This document shows positions 24,479 through 36,349 of a stretch of 64,000 bases of DNA, one piece after another (within the stretch, counting starts at the first letter, position 1; every line of letters begins with the position of its first letter). A model generated the notes under the pieces. It made no database searches, was not told the origin of the DNA, and saw only the letters and a list, made by a program, of their open reading frames with translations. This stretch comes from Malacoraja senta (Eukaryota). The position numbers and the translations under genes are program-made. The DNA lies in assembly GCA_038087875.1 (NCBI GenBank), contig CM075987.1, forward strand, positions 24,120,001 through 24,184,000. The letters are read 5' to 3'.

Positions 24479-24969
24479 TCAAGGAACTTGTATGAATTTA
24501 TTCCACCTATCGACAATGACATCTGTCAGCTGACGTGCCTGAAGTCATCAGCTTTCTTCACAGCTTCATTTCTATGCGTCAAACCTTTGATGCATGGGGC
24601 ATATGTTTAACTCTCTTTCATTTTCATGCCAGCCCATTCTTGTGTTCCATCTGGATTATTTTTCAATGAAAGGAACACCGTCAAAAGACGAGGCCATCCA
24701 AAATGTTTGCATGACTCCTCTTCAACATTTTGTTTTGGCCGAGATGTCTGACATTTCTTTAGTCCAAAAACTTTCCAGATAATGCAGCTGATGATCATAA
24801 TGGAGGAACAGAGCCAAAACATCTCTCTGAAGAGCTTTCAAGTGTTTCATGAGGTGACTGTCCTTAAGAGTGAACCTACTTGGATTAGGGCAGTTTTCAA
24901 ATTGTACGAAGGTTTTTTTGGAGGGATTGATACAATTTATATTGCAATGGAAAGCAATCTATCTCCAGT

Positions 24970-25158
24970 CACGGTGACGCAGCGGTAGAGTTGCTGCCTT
25001 ACAGTGAATGCAGCGCCGGAAACCCGGGTTCGATCCCGATTATGGGTGCTGTCTGTACGGAGTTTGTACGTTCTCCCCGTGACCTGCGTGGGTTTTCTCC
25101 GAGATCTTCGGTTTCCTCCCACATTCCAAAGATGTACAGGTTTGTAGGTTAATTGGCC
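24970..25158 (+). mobile_element. V-SINE 5' part
   Basis: Head and V-domain, truncated. Confidence 0.8.
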
Positions 25159-25160
25159 TA

Positions 25161-25847
25161 TTAATCTTTTCCCTGCACGGGAGACCCGACCTTTCTCTGT
25201 TGGGTCTCCGTTGTCGTTGGGGCCTAGCACCGTGGAGCGGCCTCCAACCGGAACGACCTGGGGCTCCAGTCGCGGAGCCTGCGGACTACTCACCATCGTG
25301 GAGCTGGCCGAGTTCGGAGCGGGCGGAGCTGTGGTGGCGCGCTGCTGCTGCCCGACCCAGGAGATTCGGAGGCTTCAGCCGCAGGTCTGGTGGATGGTAA
25401 CATCGGGAGCTCGCGGGTCCATGGTGGGAGACCGCTTTTCGGAGCTCCCGCAACGGCAGCTACTCCCGCCCGAGTTGCGGGGTTGAGGATGACCTGGAGC
25501 GGGGTCTGGCATCGCCCGGCGCGGCATTGGTGGCCGTGGGACTTGCTGGCGCTACCGGGGGCTACAACATCAAGACCCGGAGCGTGGCCTTGCATCGCCC
25601 GGCGCGGCTTTAATGGCCGCGGGACATATCTACAATCGCCCGCCGGGGGCTTTGACTTTGACATCGGGAGGAGAATGTGGAGTGCAGGGGAGAGATAAGA
25701 CTTTGGCTTCCATCACAGTGAGGAGGAGATTCACTGTGATGGATGTTTGTGTAAATTGTGTTGTGTCTTGGTTCTTTTTACTTGTTTGTATGACTGCAGA
25801 AACCAAATTTCGTTTGAACTTAGGTTCAAATGACAACAAATAAATAT
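25161..25847 (+). mobile_element. GC-rich non-coding retroposon with Rex1-like tail
   Basis: CpG-rich body; stem CCATCACAGTGA..TCACTGTGATGG; AAATTTCGTT..AAATGACAACAAA tail. Confidence 0.55.
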
Positions 25848-26600
25848 CTATCTATCTAACTCCCTCTTAAATATAGCCAATGAACTGGCCTCAACTACCT
25901 TCTGTGGCAGAGAATTCCAGAGATTCACCACTCTCTGTGTGAAAAATGTTTTTCTCATCTCGGTCCTAAAGGATTTCCCCTTAATCCTTAAACTGTGACC
26001 CCTTGTCCTGGACTTCCCCAACATCGGGAACAATCTTCCTGCATCTAGCCTGTCCAACCCCTTAAGAATTTTGTAAGTTTCTATAAGATCCCCCCTCAAT
26101 CTAAATTCTAGCGAGTACAAGCCGAGTCTATCCAGTCTTTCTTCATATGAAATTCCTGACATCCCAGGAATCAATCTGGTGAACCTTCTCTGTACTCCCT
26201 CTATGGCAAGAATGTCTTTCCTCATATTTGGAGACCAAAACTGTACGCAATACTTCAGGTGTGGTCTCACCAAGACCCTGTGCAACTGCAGTAGAACCTC
26301 CCTGCTCCTATACTCAAATCCTTTTGCTATGAATGCTAACATACCATTCGCTTTCTTCACTGCCTGCTGCACCTGCATGCCTACTTTCAATGACTGGTGT
26401 ACCATGACACCCAGGTCTCGTTGTATCTCCCCTTTTCCTAATCGGCCACCATTTAGATAATAGTCTACTTTCCTGTTTTTGCCACCAAAGTGGATAACCT
26501 CACATTTATCCACATTATACTGCATCTGGCATGCATTTGCCCACTCACCCAGCCTATCCAAGTCACCTTGCAGCCTCCTAGCATCCTCCTCACAGCTAAC
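25848..26600 (-). mobile_element. CR1/HER1 ORF2 fragment (RT thumb / C-terminal region), 237-aa open frame
   Basis: WQMQYNVDKCEVIHFG-type, RDLGVMV, LVRPHLKYCVQFWSP, VQRRFTRLIPG, LRGDLIETYKI, FFTQRVVNLWNSLP. Confidence 0.92.
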
Positions 26601-27078
26601 ACTGGCCCCCCTTCATCATGTATCTGTACACTGTGGATGGCTTGATTGTAATCATTTATTGTCTTTCTGCTGAGTGGTTAGCACGCAACAAAAGCATTAC
26701 CTCAGTACACGTGACAATAAACTCAACTCAAATCAACTGGCTGAGTTACTCCAGCACTTTGTGTCCTTTTCGTAAACCAGCATCTGCAGTTCCTTGTTTC
26801 TACCTCGGAGATATCATTGAGCTTGTATGAATCATCTTATTTTTCCTCCATAATATTTCAAGTCAAAAGTTGATTTACTAGAAAAAGCCAGAAAAAGAAG
26901 ATAAACTGGAAAAGAATTGTTCAAATAAGTTGTGCAATTATTAGAAAAATTATAATAATCATGTTTGACTAAAATGTCGATTTGCTTGAAAATCTGGTTT
27001 AGCATAAAAAAAAAGCCATAGAAGCTAGGAACAGGAACAGGGCAGTTGAACATTTGACCCTGGTTCTCTGATCAATAT

Positions 27079-27260
27079 TCTTCTTCTTATCGAGTCCACA
27101 CACAAGATTAGAAGTAGTTCAGCCAGAGCTGAACACACTTCTCGGCATCTGCGTACAATGGTGTCTGTTTTGCGCTTCTTGTGCTTCTTGTGCGAGGTGG
27201 TGGAAAGATTGGTGGAAACAGGGCCGTGACGTGAACGCTCTTTCCTTGACCCCCCCCCCC
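27079..27260 (-). mobile_element. Short ribozyme-headed retroposon, family A copy 2
   Basis: Perfect 11-bp TSD CTGATCAATAT (27068-78, 27261-71); reverse-complement match to 1658-1832. Confidence 0.85.
27202..27253 (-). ncRNA. Minimal HDV-like (CPEB3-like) ribozyme candidate
   Basis: Minus strand GGGGTC AA GGAAAGA GCG TTCACGT CAC GGCCCT GT TTCCAC CAA TCTTTCC; P2 is a perfect 7 bp. Confidence 0.65.
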
Positions 27261-27753
27261 CTGATCAATATGACAATGACCAATTTTACTTTGGAGTCAC
27301 GTTAGTGACTACGTGAAGAAGACCCGTCAGGGCGCATGCGCATCATTACGTCTGACGCATTGGCGCCCGGCAGCAAGAAGACGGAGCTCCTCCTGCAGGT
27401 GAGTAGTTTAGAGCTCCACCAAAGTCGGGGAGACTTTGGAGGAGTTAGTAAAAAGTAGAAAAATTGTTGCTGTATGTTTTTCCCCACAATACAGGAACAA
27501 GGAAAAAATTATCAAGGTGCAGGCGTGCTACGGACAAGGAGAGAGAGAGCTGCGGGAGCGCAGTCTCTGAAAGGCAGCCTGTCACCTCTGGGGAGTCGCA
27601 AGCCGGTAGCGGTGCGGCGACAGACTTGGCACTCCCAAGTGCCCAGCCGGGTACACAGCCAACGCCATTCGGGCATTAGGCATAAGCCAAGTCTGTCAGG
27701 CCCATTGACTCCACAGAGTCGGGCCAGGAGAGTCCCGTACGGGACAGGATACC

Positions 27754-28700
27754 GTGCCCCAGCGGTTATCCAAAAGGAGCAGCTCATACAGGGGCTGCTC
27801 CACCAAGCCACACTCCAGGAGGAGTTGTGCAGGCGGGAGGCCGTGGGGAAGGCTCCGCCGGCAGTGCCTAGTAGAGGCCTGCTTCACAAAGCCACACTCC
27901 AGGAGGAGTTGTGTGGGCGGGAGGCCATGGCGAAGGCGCCACCGGCAGTGCCTAGTAGAGGCCTGCTTGAAAGCACCCTCTTTGCAAGAGGTGAGTGCAG
28001 AAGGGCAGATACGCTCTGACCCTGAGTCCGACGACGACTTCCAAAGGGAGGGCATGCAGCGGCCAGAGCTGACACCGTGTGCAGCACGGTTTGCCCTGTC
28101 GTCGGACGCTGGTGAGCCTCTGGGTGAGGAACTTACCACCAGCATAAATTACCAAGTCTCACATCAGCTACAGGAGCTGACAATGGATGAGACAGTAAGG
28201 AAGCATGAAGCCCCAATCAACTGTGGCCTGTTAAAAGTTCCTGTTGGGAACAGGAAGATTTGGGGCAAGATGGGCATACAAATGAGAGCCCAGGAGGAGG
28301 TGAAGCTCCAGCATATTTTTAAAGTTGCTGGCATCTGGCATAACGAGCTTTGCCAGGATGGTGGATGGAGAGGCCAATGACAAAATTACAACAAAAGGTG
28401 GGGCACTATTGTGGAGTGCCCACTTTGAGATCAACTGCCTCCGCAAGAATGTTTTTAGACCAACCATCAACCCTAAATATGCTTCACTCTGCCAGCCTGG
28501 CACAGTGCAACCGGCAAATCTGTTTGGCGAGGTTTTCGCAAAGCAGGTGAAGGAGCTGGAGGAGGAGGCCAAGACGGTGGGCTTGATTAAGCAGCCAGCA
28601 GCCACATATCCACTAAAGCGGAAGTATCCCTATAAGCGAGGAGACTGGTCCGGGCAACGGACGAGTCCAGCTACGATGCAGCGCAGTTGGCGTTCGGCTG
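27754..28700 (+). pseudogene. DIRS ORF1 (gag-like), frameshifted
   Basis: Overlapping ORFs 27754..28380 and 28325..28828, ..PINCGLLKVP.., EINCLRKNVFRPTINPKYASLC..LFGE. Confidence 0.6.
27793..27968 (+). repeat. 84-bp tandem duplication in DIRS ORF1
   Basis: Two units translating GLLH(Q/K)ATLQEELC.REA..KAPPAVPSR. Confidence 0.9.
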
Positions 28701-28829
28701 TAGCAGCGCCAGGGAAGGTGAGATATCCAGCTCGAGGCCGGGGAAGAATGCCAGGTGGTAAGGAGGTAAGTGGGTCTGGTTCTCATGTAGACAGATCTAA
28801 TGTGATACCTCAGATATGTTTATACTGAA

Positions 28830-30200
28830 GGTTATTGAAGGGTTTCGAATAAAGCTTAATGCAAATTCTGATTTACCCATGCAACATGTTCCAAAAAGGA
28901 GTTTGACTTCAGTATCACTGAACAATTGGAAGTTCAGGTGGAAGTTGCAAGCTTATGTAATAAAGGTGTAATTGCTAACGCAGTTTACCAAAGTATCAGT
29001 TTGTGTCCAATATCTTTCCCAGACCAAAAAAGGATGGGGGATGCAGAATTATACTGGACCTGAATAGTCTTAAACCTTTTTGTAAGGTATAGACATTTTA
29101 AGATGGAAACGTTTGTGAAGGAGATCTTCAAGATGTGGATTCAGTGTCTGTTCATTTGCAGGATAGAAGATTTAAAATTCAGCTGGATGGGGCAATTATG
29201 GCAATACAATGCACTGCCTAATAGTTTGTCTTCAGCTCCTAGAGTGATTACAAAGTTGTTAAAACCTATTCTAGGCATGATGAGAAGTCAAGGGCATGTG
29301 CTCATGGCTTAACTAGATAATATCTTGATTGTAGGACAATCAAAGGAAACAGCTGAAGTGGCAGTTGGTAAAAACTTTTTTTTTTTAAATTGGGCTTCAT
29401 AAGCTATCCAGAGAAATCTAAATTAATACCTGTGACACAAATTGACTAGTTGGGTTCACAATAGACTTAATCAACATGATTGTGACCTTGCCGAGGCAAA
29501 AAAGGGTAGAGCTAATTAAGAGCTGTATCAAGTTAATTGCTGACACACAGCCTTCAATTAGCCAGGTGACGAATCTGCTGGGGAAATTGCTGGCAGCATT
29601 TCCAGCAGTTCAATAGTGGCCACTTTATTATCTACAATTACAAAGGTTAAAGGAACAAGCACTGAGGATACATTGGGGTCATTATAATAGACCTATGCTT
29701 CTATCAATAGAGGCTGTTGCTGATGTACAATGGTGGATTCAGCATGTGTCCACTAGTAGTTCCAAAGTGTTATTGGACCAAGCTTCCATGATTTTGCAGA
29801 CAGATGTCCGAGCACTTGGGTGGGGTGCTACTGATACAAGATCCAGCTGTGGAGACAGATGGACATTGCTTCTGCAAACATGGGTAATTAACCAGGAGTA
29901 TTTTATGGACTCAAGGCTTATGGCACTAACTAAACTAGTTTGCATGTGCAGTTCAAAATAGACAACACTGCAGCAGTTGCTTATATGAATCACATGGGTG
30001 TTTGAGAAAATCAAGCAGGATGCCGCTTCAGGGGTTTTGGTGATACTAAATTGCCCGATTCAACCATGGTTCCCTTTGATGTTACAGATAGCGATCCAAC
30101 CTCCTTTTGCTGATTCCAAACAGTAGGAATTTGCTGGAGCATCCAGTAACGTGTTAAGTTCATCCGTTATGTGATCGTATTGATCTGTTAATTTGCAGGT
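28830..30200 (+). pseudogene. DIRS pol remnant: RT, RNase H, methyltransferase-like
   Basis: FVSNIFPRPKKDGGCRIILDL, HFKMETF, LPNSLSSAPRVITKLLKP, YLDD degraded to *LDN, LQTDVRALGWGA, DNTAAVAYMN, QPWFP. Confidence 0.85.
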
Positions 30201-30208
30201 TTTTAAGA

Positions 30209-31183
30209 ATGCCTTACATTGGTCGAGGACTTTCTAGGCCAACGGTGGATATACTCACTGCAGCCTGGAGAAAGAGTACTCAAAAGCAGTATATGACTTA
30301 TGTAAAAAAATGGGAACAATATTGTGTTCAAAAGAATATTCAATATGATACTGTAGTTATTGAAAATGTGTTAGAGTTTTATCCACACTTTATTATGATG
30401 AGGGTCTTAGCTATAGTGCTATCAATACAGCTAGAAGTGCTTTGTCGGCATATCTTGTAATAGGTACACGGACACAAAGTATAGGTTCTCACCCTCTCAT
30501 ATCTAGGTTGATGAAAGGAATCTTTAATTCCAAACCGCCTAAGCCTAGGTATATGGTAATCTGCGATGTAAGCGTTGTTCTTAACATGCTTTGTCATTGG
30601 GTCCCTGTCACGTCTATAACTTTGTTAAAATTAACCATGAAATTGGCTATGCTAATGGCATTGGTGTCAGTACAGAGAGTGCAGACTTTGCAAAAACTTC
30701 AGTTAGATAGAATGGAAGTGACTACAGAGAATGTTCTGTTTTATATTTATGACCTGCTCAAACAAAGCAGGCCAGGTGTGACAGGATTTAAGATTGTGTT
30801 CTCAGCATATCCTACAGATCCATCTTTATGTGTAAGGACACATTTCTTACATTACATTGAAGCCACAAGGGCTTTAAGACAAGAAGAAACAGGATTATTT
30901 GTCAGTTACAAGAAGCCAACATAAAAGAGTGGCAGTTCAGACTATCTCCACGTGGTTAAAGCAAGAGTTGGTTCAGGCAGGAATTAACGTTTATGTGTTT
31001 ACATCTCATTCCACTAACGCAGTAGCAACATCCGCGGCCAGGGCGATGGACATTCCCATCGACCATATATTAAAAGCCGCAGGTTGGAAAAATGAACTTG
31101 TGTTTCAGCAATACTACCATCGGCCGATTGCTGATGGAGGGCTGTTTGCCCACTCAATATTGAGTGCTGTTGCTATTGTTTAA
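30209..31183 (+). pseudogene. DIRS tyrosine recombinase, frameshifted
   Basis: WRKSTQKQY, HPLISRLMKG, LVSVQRVQTL (catalytic R), LKQSRPG, HSTN (HxxR degraded), AAGW, FQQYY (catalytic Y). Confidence 0.88.
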
Positions 31184-32107
31184 AGTCTGTTTTCAATACT
31201 GTTTAATTCTGTTTCGTTTGTTGCCCTAAATTAAGAGGGTTTATTGGTTGTTTTATGACCAAAAATAAAACTGTTTTGTTTTTGCATGATATGCAATGTC
31301 ATGTTTACAGCATTATTGATGATACTCAGTCAATCGATGCAGTGAGAAGCCGGGATTTTGATCTGCGGCATAAAAATCACAGAGCTTTAAAATCTTCACG
31401 TAGTCACTCACGTGACTCCGAAGTAAAATAGTAAGATTAAACAAGAACTTACCAGTTTGAAGTTTGATCTTTATTTTATGAGGAGTTACGTTGGTGATTA
31501 CGAGCCCGCCACGCCCAACCCTCTTTCATAGAAAAAAGGTCATAATGGTAGTTCTCATGTTGATCATCTTAATATGTTACTTCAATTATTGTGTTGTCTG
31601 TGATTTCATACCGCTGCTTTGAAGATTGACGCGCATGCGCCCTGACGGGTCTCCTTCACGTAATCACCAACGTAACTCCTCATAAAATAAAGATCAAACT
31701 TCAAACTGGTAAGTTCTCGTTTAATCTTACTATTAATACCCAGTTCCAACTTTCTCCCCCATACCCCTCAATGCTGCAAACTGTAAGAACAATATTTAAG
31801 AACAATCTTTTTTGAATATATTTCCTGATTTGGCTGTGATACTAGTGGTGACAATCACACTTTAGCTAAATAGAAAATCCCAAAACACTTTAAATATTCA
31901 AAATGTATCAATATAATTTGATTTGAGCCGGGTACGGGAGTGAACAGATTTTGTGGCACTTGTATGATTACATAGATGATGTCTGCACTCTCTTGAGCTT
32001 AGATGAATGAGAGGTGATTTCATTGAAATGTAATCTTTTTCTGGTGCTCCATGGGGCTAGATGCTGGGTCAGGTCTGGGGTGCAAGCTGTGGTACAAGAT
32101 GAGGGGA

Positions 32108-32436
32108 GGGCACGGTGGCGCAGAGGTAGAGTCGCTGCCTCACAGCGCCTGAGACCCGGGTTCAATCCTGACTACGGGTGCTTGTCTGTACGGAGTTTGT
32201 ACGTTCTCCCTGTGACCTGCGTGGGTTTTTCCCGGGTGCTCCGGTTTCCTCCCACACTCCAGAGACGTACAGGTTTGTTGGTTAATTGGCTTCGGTAAGG
32301 ATTGTAAATTGTCCCCGGTGTGCAGGATAGTGCTAATATATGGGGATCGCTGGTGGGCGTGGACTCAGTGGGCCAAGGCACCTGATTCCATGCTGACTCT
32401 AAACTAAACTCAACTAAACTCAACTAAACTAAACTA
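32108..32436 (+). mobile_element. V-SINE full length
   Basis: SINE consensus plus (AAACT)n. Confidence 0.9.
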
Positions 32437-32997
32437 ATCCACCATGATCTCACTAAATGCCCACTGGAGACTGAATAACCAACCTGGTTCCCTTTACGAT
32501 CATATGCAATCCTAGACTTTGCACTATTAATTACTCCTGACTAATTACTCCTTTCCGTCCCAAATTACTTAAGTCCCTGGTGCACCTTACCTTTCCAAAC
32601 CACTGCTTCTCCAAGGTTTCTCCCAAGCTGGTGTAAAAGTTATGATTTAGGATCAGAAGAACCCTCTAAAAAAAAACGCATTTATCTGCATTTCGTATGG
32701 CATACTTTGATCAAAGATATGTAAAGAGGAATTACAGCAACCATTTAAATGGTGATTTCCTAACTTTAACAGTCAATGTGCTGCCAAAGTTTGTTGCTAG
32801 GCATTTATGAGCCACTCTAATTAACCACTAACTGACCTCAGCATTTTACAAGCAACTAAAATTACCTGGATTTGTCGAGGAAGGCCACTTCTCAATAGTG
32901 TTTAACCTCAACAAGTGGGGTTAAACAGAACTGCATCAGCTGCGAAACATTCACACTGTTTTGTAGTTAGAACACCTTTGTTCAATAAACTGGAAGA

Positions 32998-33168
<171 letters not shown>

Positions 33169-33689
33169 ATTTATAGATTATTTATAGATGAGGAATATTG
33201 ATCGAATAAAGTGCAGTAAGTATGAAACCAAATTTATTTCTGCAACTTCTGACCTTAATCGAGTCATTTCACTGCAATTCATTGCCAGTCAAAGGGTCAT
33301 AGAGTGATGCTGCGTGGAAATAGGCCCTTTGTCCCAACTTGCCCACACCGACCAACATGTCCCATCTCCATCACTCTGAAGAAGGGTCTCGACCCGAAGC
33401 GTTGCCCATTCCTTCTCTCCATAGATGCTGCCTCACCCGCTGAGTTACTCCAGCATTCTGTGTCTACCTCCCATCTACATTAGTCCCACCTGCCTGCGTT
33501 TGGCCCCAATCCCTCTAAAGCTATTTTTTCCATGTACCTGTCTAAATGTTTCTTAAACGTCAGAAGGGCACAAATTGCTGGAGTGACACAGCAGGTCTGG
33601 TAGCATCCCCAGAGAACATGGATAGGTGCCATTTTGGGTTGAGAGTGCAACCAAGGACAGTCGACAGAAAATGACCATCTCTGAGGGTA

Positions 33690-34060
33690 GTGTTCAACAG
33701 TGTTCAAGAGCCTGATGGTTACTGGGAAGGAACTGTTCTTGAACTTGGTAGTCCCAATTTTAAGTCTCCTGTACCTTCATCCTGATGGCAGTAGCAAAAT
33801 GTGATCGAGACCAGGTTGGTGTGGATCTCTCATGATATTGGCTGCATTTTTGAGGTAGACCATCCTCTAGATCCTGTTGATGCTAGGAAGGTCAATAACT
33901 CTGATGGACTGGGCAGTGTCCCCCACCCTCTGTTCCTGGGCGTTTGAGTTGCCAGACCAGGCCTTGATGCAACCAGTCACTATGTTCTCTGCCATATACC
34001 TCTCGAAGTTTGATGGAGTATTGGTCAATATACTGACACTCCTCAAATTCCTCGGAAGTG
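33690..34060 (-). mobile_element. Rex1/Babar ORF remnant (old)
   Basis: ORF 33867..34067 SNFERYMAENIVTGCIKAWSGNSNAQE. Confidence 0.7.
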
Positions 34061-34441
34061 GTGGCATCCTTCCCTATGTCGACAAAATCACCTTGTGTGT
34101 CACAGTCTCCCCATCGCTTCTAATGAAAGGTCATCGATCTGGAAATCCTCACCAATCTTCCACTTCCACAGAAGCAGCCAACCCCTGCTGAGAATCTCCA
34201 GCATTTTCTGCTCCCGTTTCAAAGTTACAGCACCTAAATTCAATTTGATCTATTCCCTTCAGTATTGAAGTACACTCCTGGCCAAGAACTATGATACGCA
34301 ACTGCCCCCCAGCTACCGCCACCGGCGACCCAACTCACTAAAACCAACCACAAAGGCTCTCCTGAGTAGGTGCCAACCCCAATTTTCTCAGCTTTGACTA
34401 AAAGTGCGTGGGCATTTCAACTACGAATACTCTCCACTCAT

Positions 34442-35320
34442 AGTCAAGTCAAGTCAAGTCAGTTTTATTCGTCACATTGCACATAAAGTGCAGTGAAATG
34501 AATTTGCCAGCAGCGGTACAATGAAAAAAGAACACACAATACACAATAAAAATTTAACACAAACATCCACCACAGCATTCATCATTGTGGTGGAAGGCAC
34601 AAAATGTGGCCAGTCCTCCTCCATTTTCCCCCGTGGTCGGGACCTCAACCCTCCGCAGTCGCCGCTGCGGGCGTCCAGATGTACAGACAAGGTAAGTCCA
34701 GGTAAGTCCTGAATCGGTGCCTCCTCACCGGAGACTGCGGCTTCAAGATGGTGTAGCCGCAGGCCAGCGGTCGAAGATTTAAAGTCCCCGCCGCGCCGCA
34801 GCCAGAAGCACCGTGGACCGCAGGGCCGGTGGTTGGAGCTCCACTCCAGGGATCCCCGGCGAGGGACCCCACTCCGGATGGTAAGTCCGCTCCGCGCCCG
34901 CGGTAGAAGTAGGCCGCGGGCCGGCGGTCGGAGCTCTTCTCCTCCGGGGTCCCCAACGAGGGATCCCAAGCTCCGGACGCCGCGCCAGCTGGAGCTCCGC
35001 AGACCGCGGCTTCAGGCTGCCACAGGCCAGTGAACGGAGCGCTCCCCTCCGGCGACCCCCGGCGAGGGCTCGCCCGTTCCGCGACGAAAGAGTCCTTGCT
35101 GCGCCCGCGGCTGAAGCCCCGGGCGCGTCTCCGGGAAAGGCCGCACCGATCCTCTATGTTAGGCCACGAGGGGGGCAACATGGAAAAAGTCGCCCCTCCG
35201 TGGAGGAGGTGACCGAAGCAGTTTCCCCCTTACCCCCCTCCCCCACACCACCTCCCACACAAGACACACAGAGAAACATTAAAAAACACACATTGGGACA
35301 AACAAAAAAAACAAAAAGTG
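34442..35320 (-). mobile_element. GC-rich non-coding retroposon with Rex1-like tail
   Basis: (GTCAA)n tail, TTTATT..GTCACA..CAGTGAAAT, stem CCACCACAG..TTGTGGTGG, CpG-rich body. Confidence 0.6.
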
Positions 35321-35446
35321 TAGACTGATTCACTACAGTGTTACTTTCATGATCAATAAGAAGGTCTTCAACGTACTGTTCTTATCACCCTCCTTAGATC
35401 TGCAATAGACTGCATTCAGCGTGCCCATCTCCACTCGGTCACTTGG

Positions 35447-35870
35447 GACGGCACGGTGGCGCAGCGGTAGATCTGCTGCCTTACAGCACCAGGGGCTCGG
35501 GTTTGATCCTGACTATGGGTGCTGTCCGTGCGGAGTTTGTACATTCTCCCCGTGACTGTGTGGGTTTTCCCCAGGAGCTCCTGTTTCCTCCCACTCTTCC
35601 AAGATGCACAGGTTTGTAGGTTTAAGAAAGAACTGCAGATGCTGGAAAAATCGAAGGTAGACAAAAAAAGCTGGAGAAACTCAGCGGGTGAGGCAGCATC
35701 TATGGAGCGAAGGAATAGGCGACGTTTCGGGTCGAGACGCTTCTTCTGAAGAAGGGTCTTGACCTGAAACGTCGCCTATTCCGTCGCTCCATAGATGCTG
35801 CCTCACCCGCTGAGTTTCTCCAGCTTTTTTGTCTACCTTCAGGTTTGTAGGTTAATTGGCTTTGGCAAAT
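35447..35870 (+). mobile_element. V-SINE interrupted by Penelope inverted pair (35623-35839)
   Basis: TSD CAGGTTTGTAGGTT at 35609 and 35840. Confidence 0.8.
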
Positions 35871-36349
35871 TGAATCTGAAACCTACACCCTATTTTCTTC
35901 ACAATGGAATGCTCTTATACCATGTGATAAGTTTATAAGTTCACACGTCATAGGAACAGAAATAGGCCGCTCGGCCCATTGAGTCTACTCCGTTATTCAA
36001 TCAGGGTTGATCTAACCCCATTCTCTCAACCCCATTCTCCCGGTAACCCTTGGACACCCTTACCAATCAAGTCACCAAACTGGGTCTCAAAGTTAGTGTC
36101 TCTAAACTCACATGTGTTCCTGCTTTGTGAAGGAACACAACACGGTTTCAGCTTGCAACAATGCATCCTTTACAGAAGGGAATGACTCTCAACTGATGGC
36201 AGTAGCTAGGACCACAATATTAAAAAATACACTACATGGTACATTCAGTTCTTAAAGGATAAATTACATTTACACAGATTGCCCTTTTGTTCCAGTGAGT
36301 TTATAGCTGTTAACTATGTTCATTGTTCGTTCAATGTCGTACAAGTAGA

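Larger units (their letters stand above)
27284..31733 (+). mobile_element. DIRS1-like tyrosine recombinase retrotransposon, full length, decayed
   Basis: Left ITR 27284-27341, right ITR 31631-31733, internal complementary region 31393-31502; gag-like, RT, RNase H, methyltransferase-like and YR remnants in canonical order. Confidence 0.92.

Noticed and set aside
34472..35212. Several 60-178 aa ORFs in GC-rich DNA (also 25200-25843, 59876-60678)
   Set aside because: Stop-codon scarcity in GC-rich repeats; no domain recognisable
35623..35839. Recurring palindromic repeats resembling CRISPR or terminator hairpins
   Set aside because: Eukaryotic context, no regular spacers; explained by Penelope pseudo-LTRs
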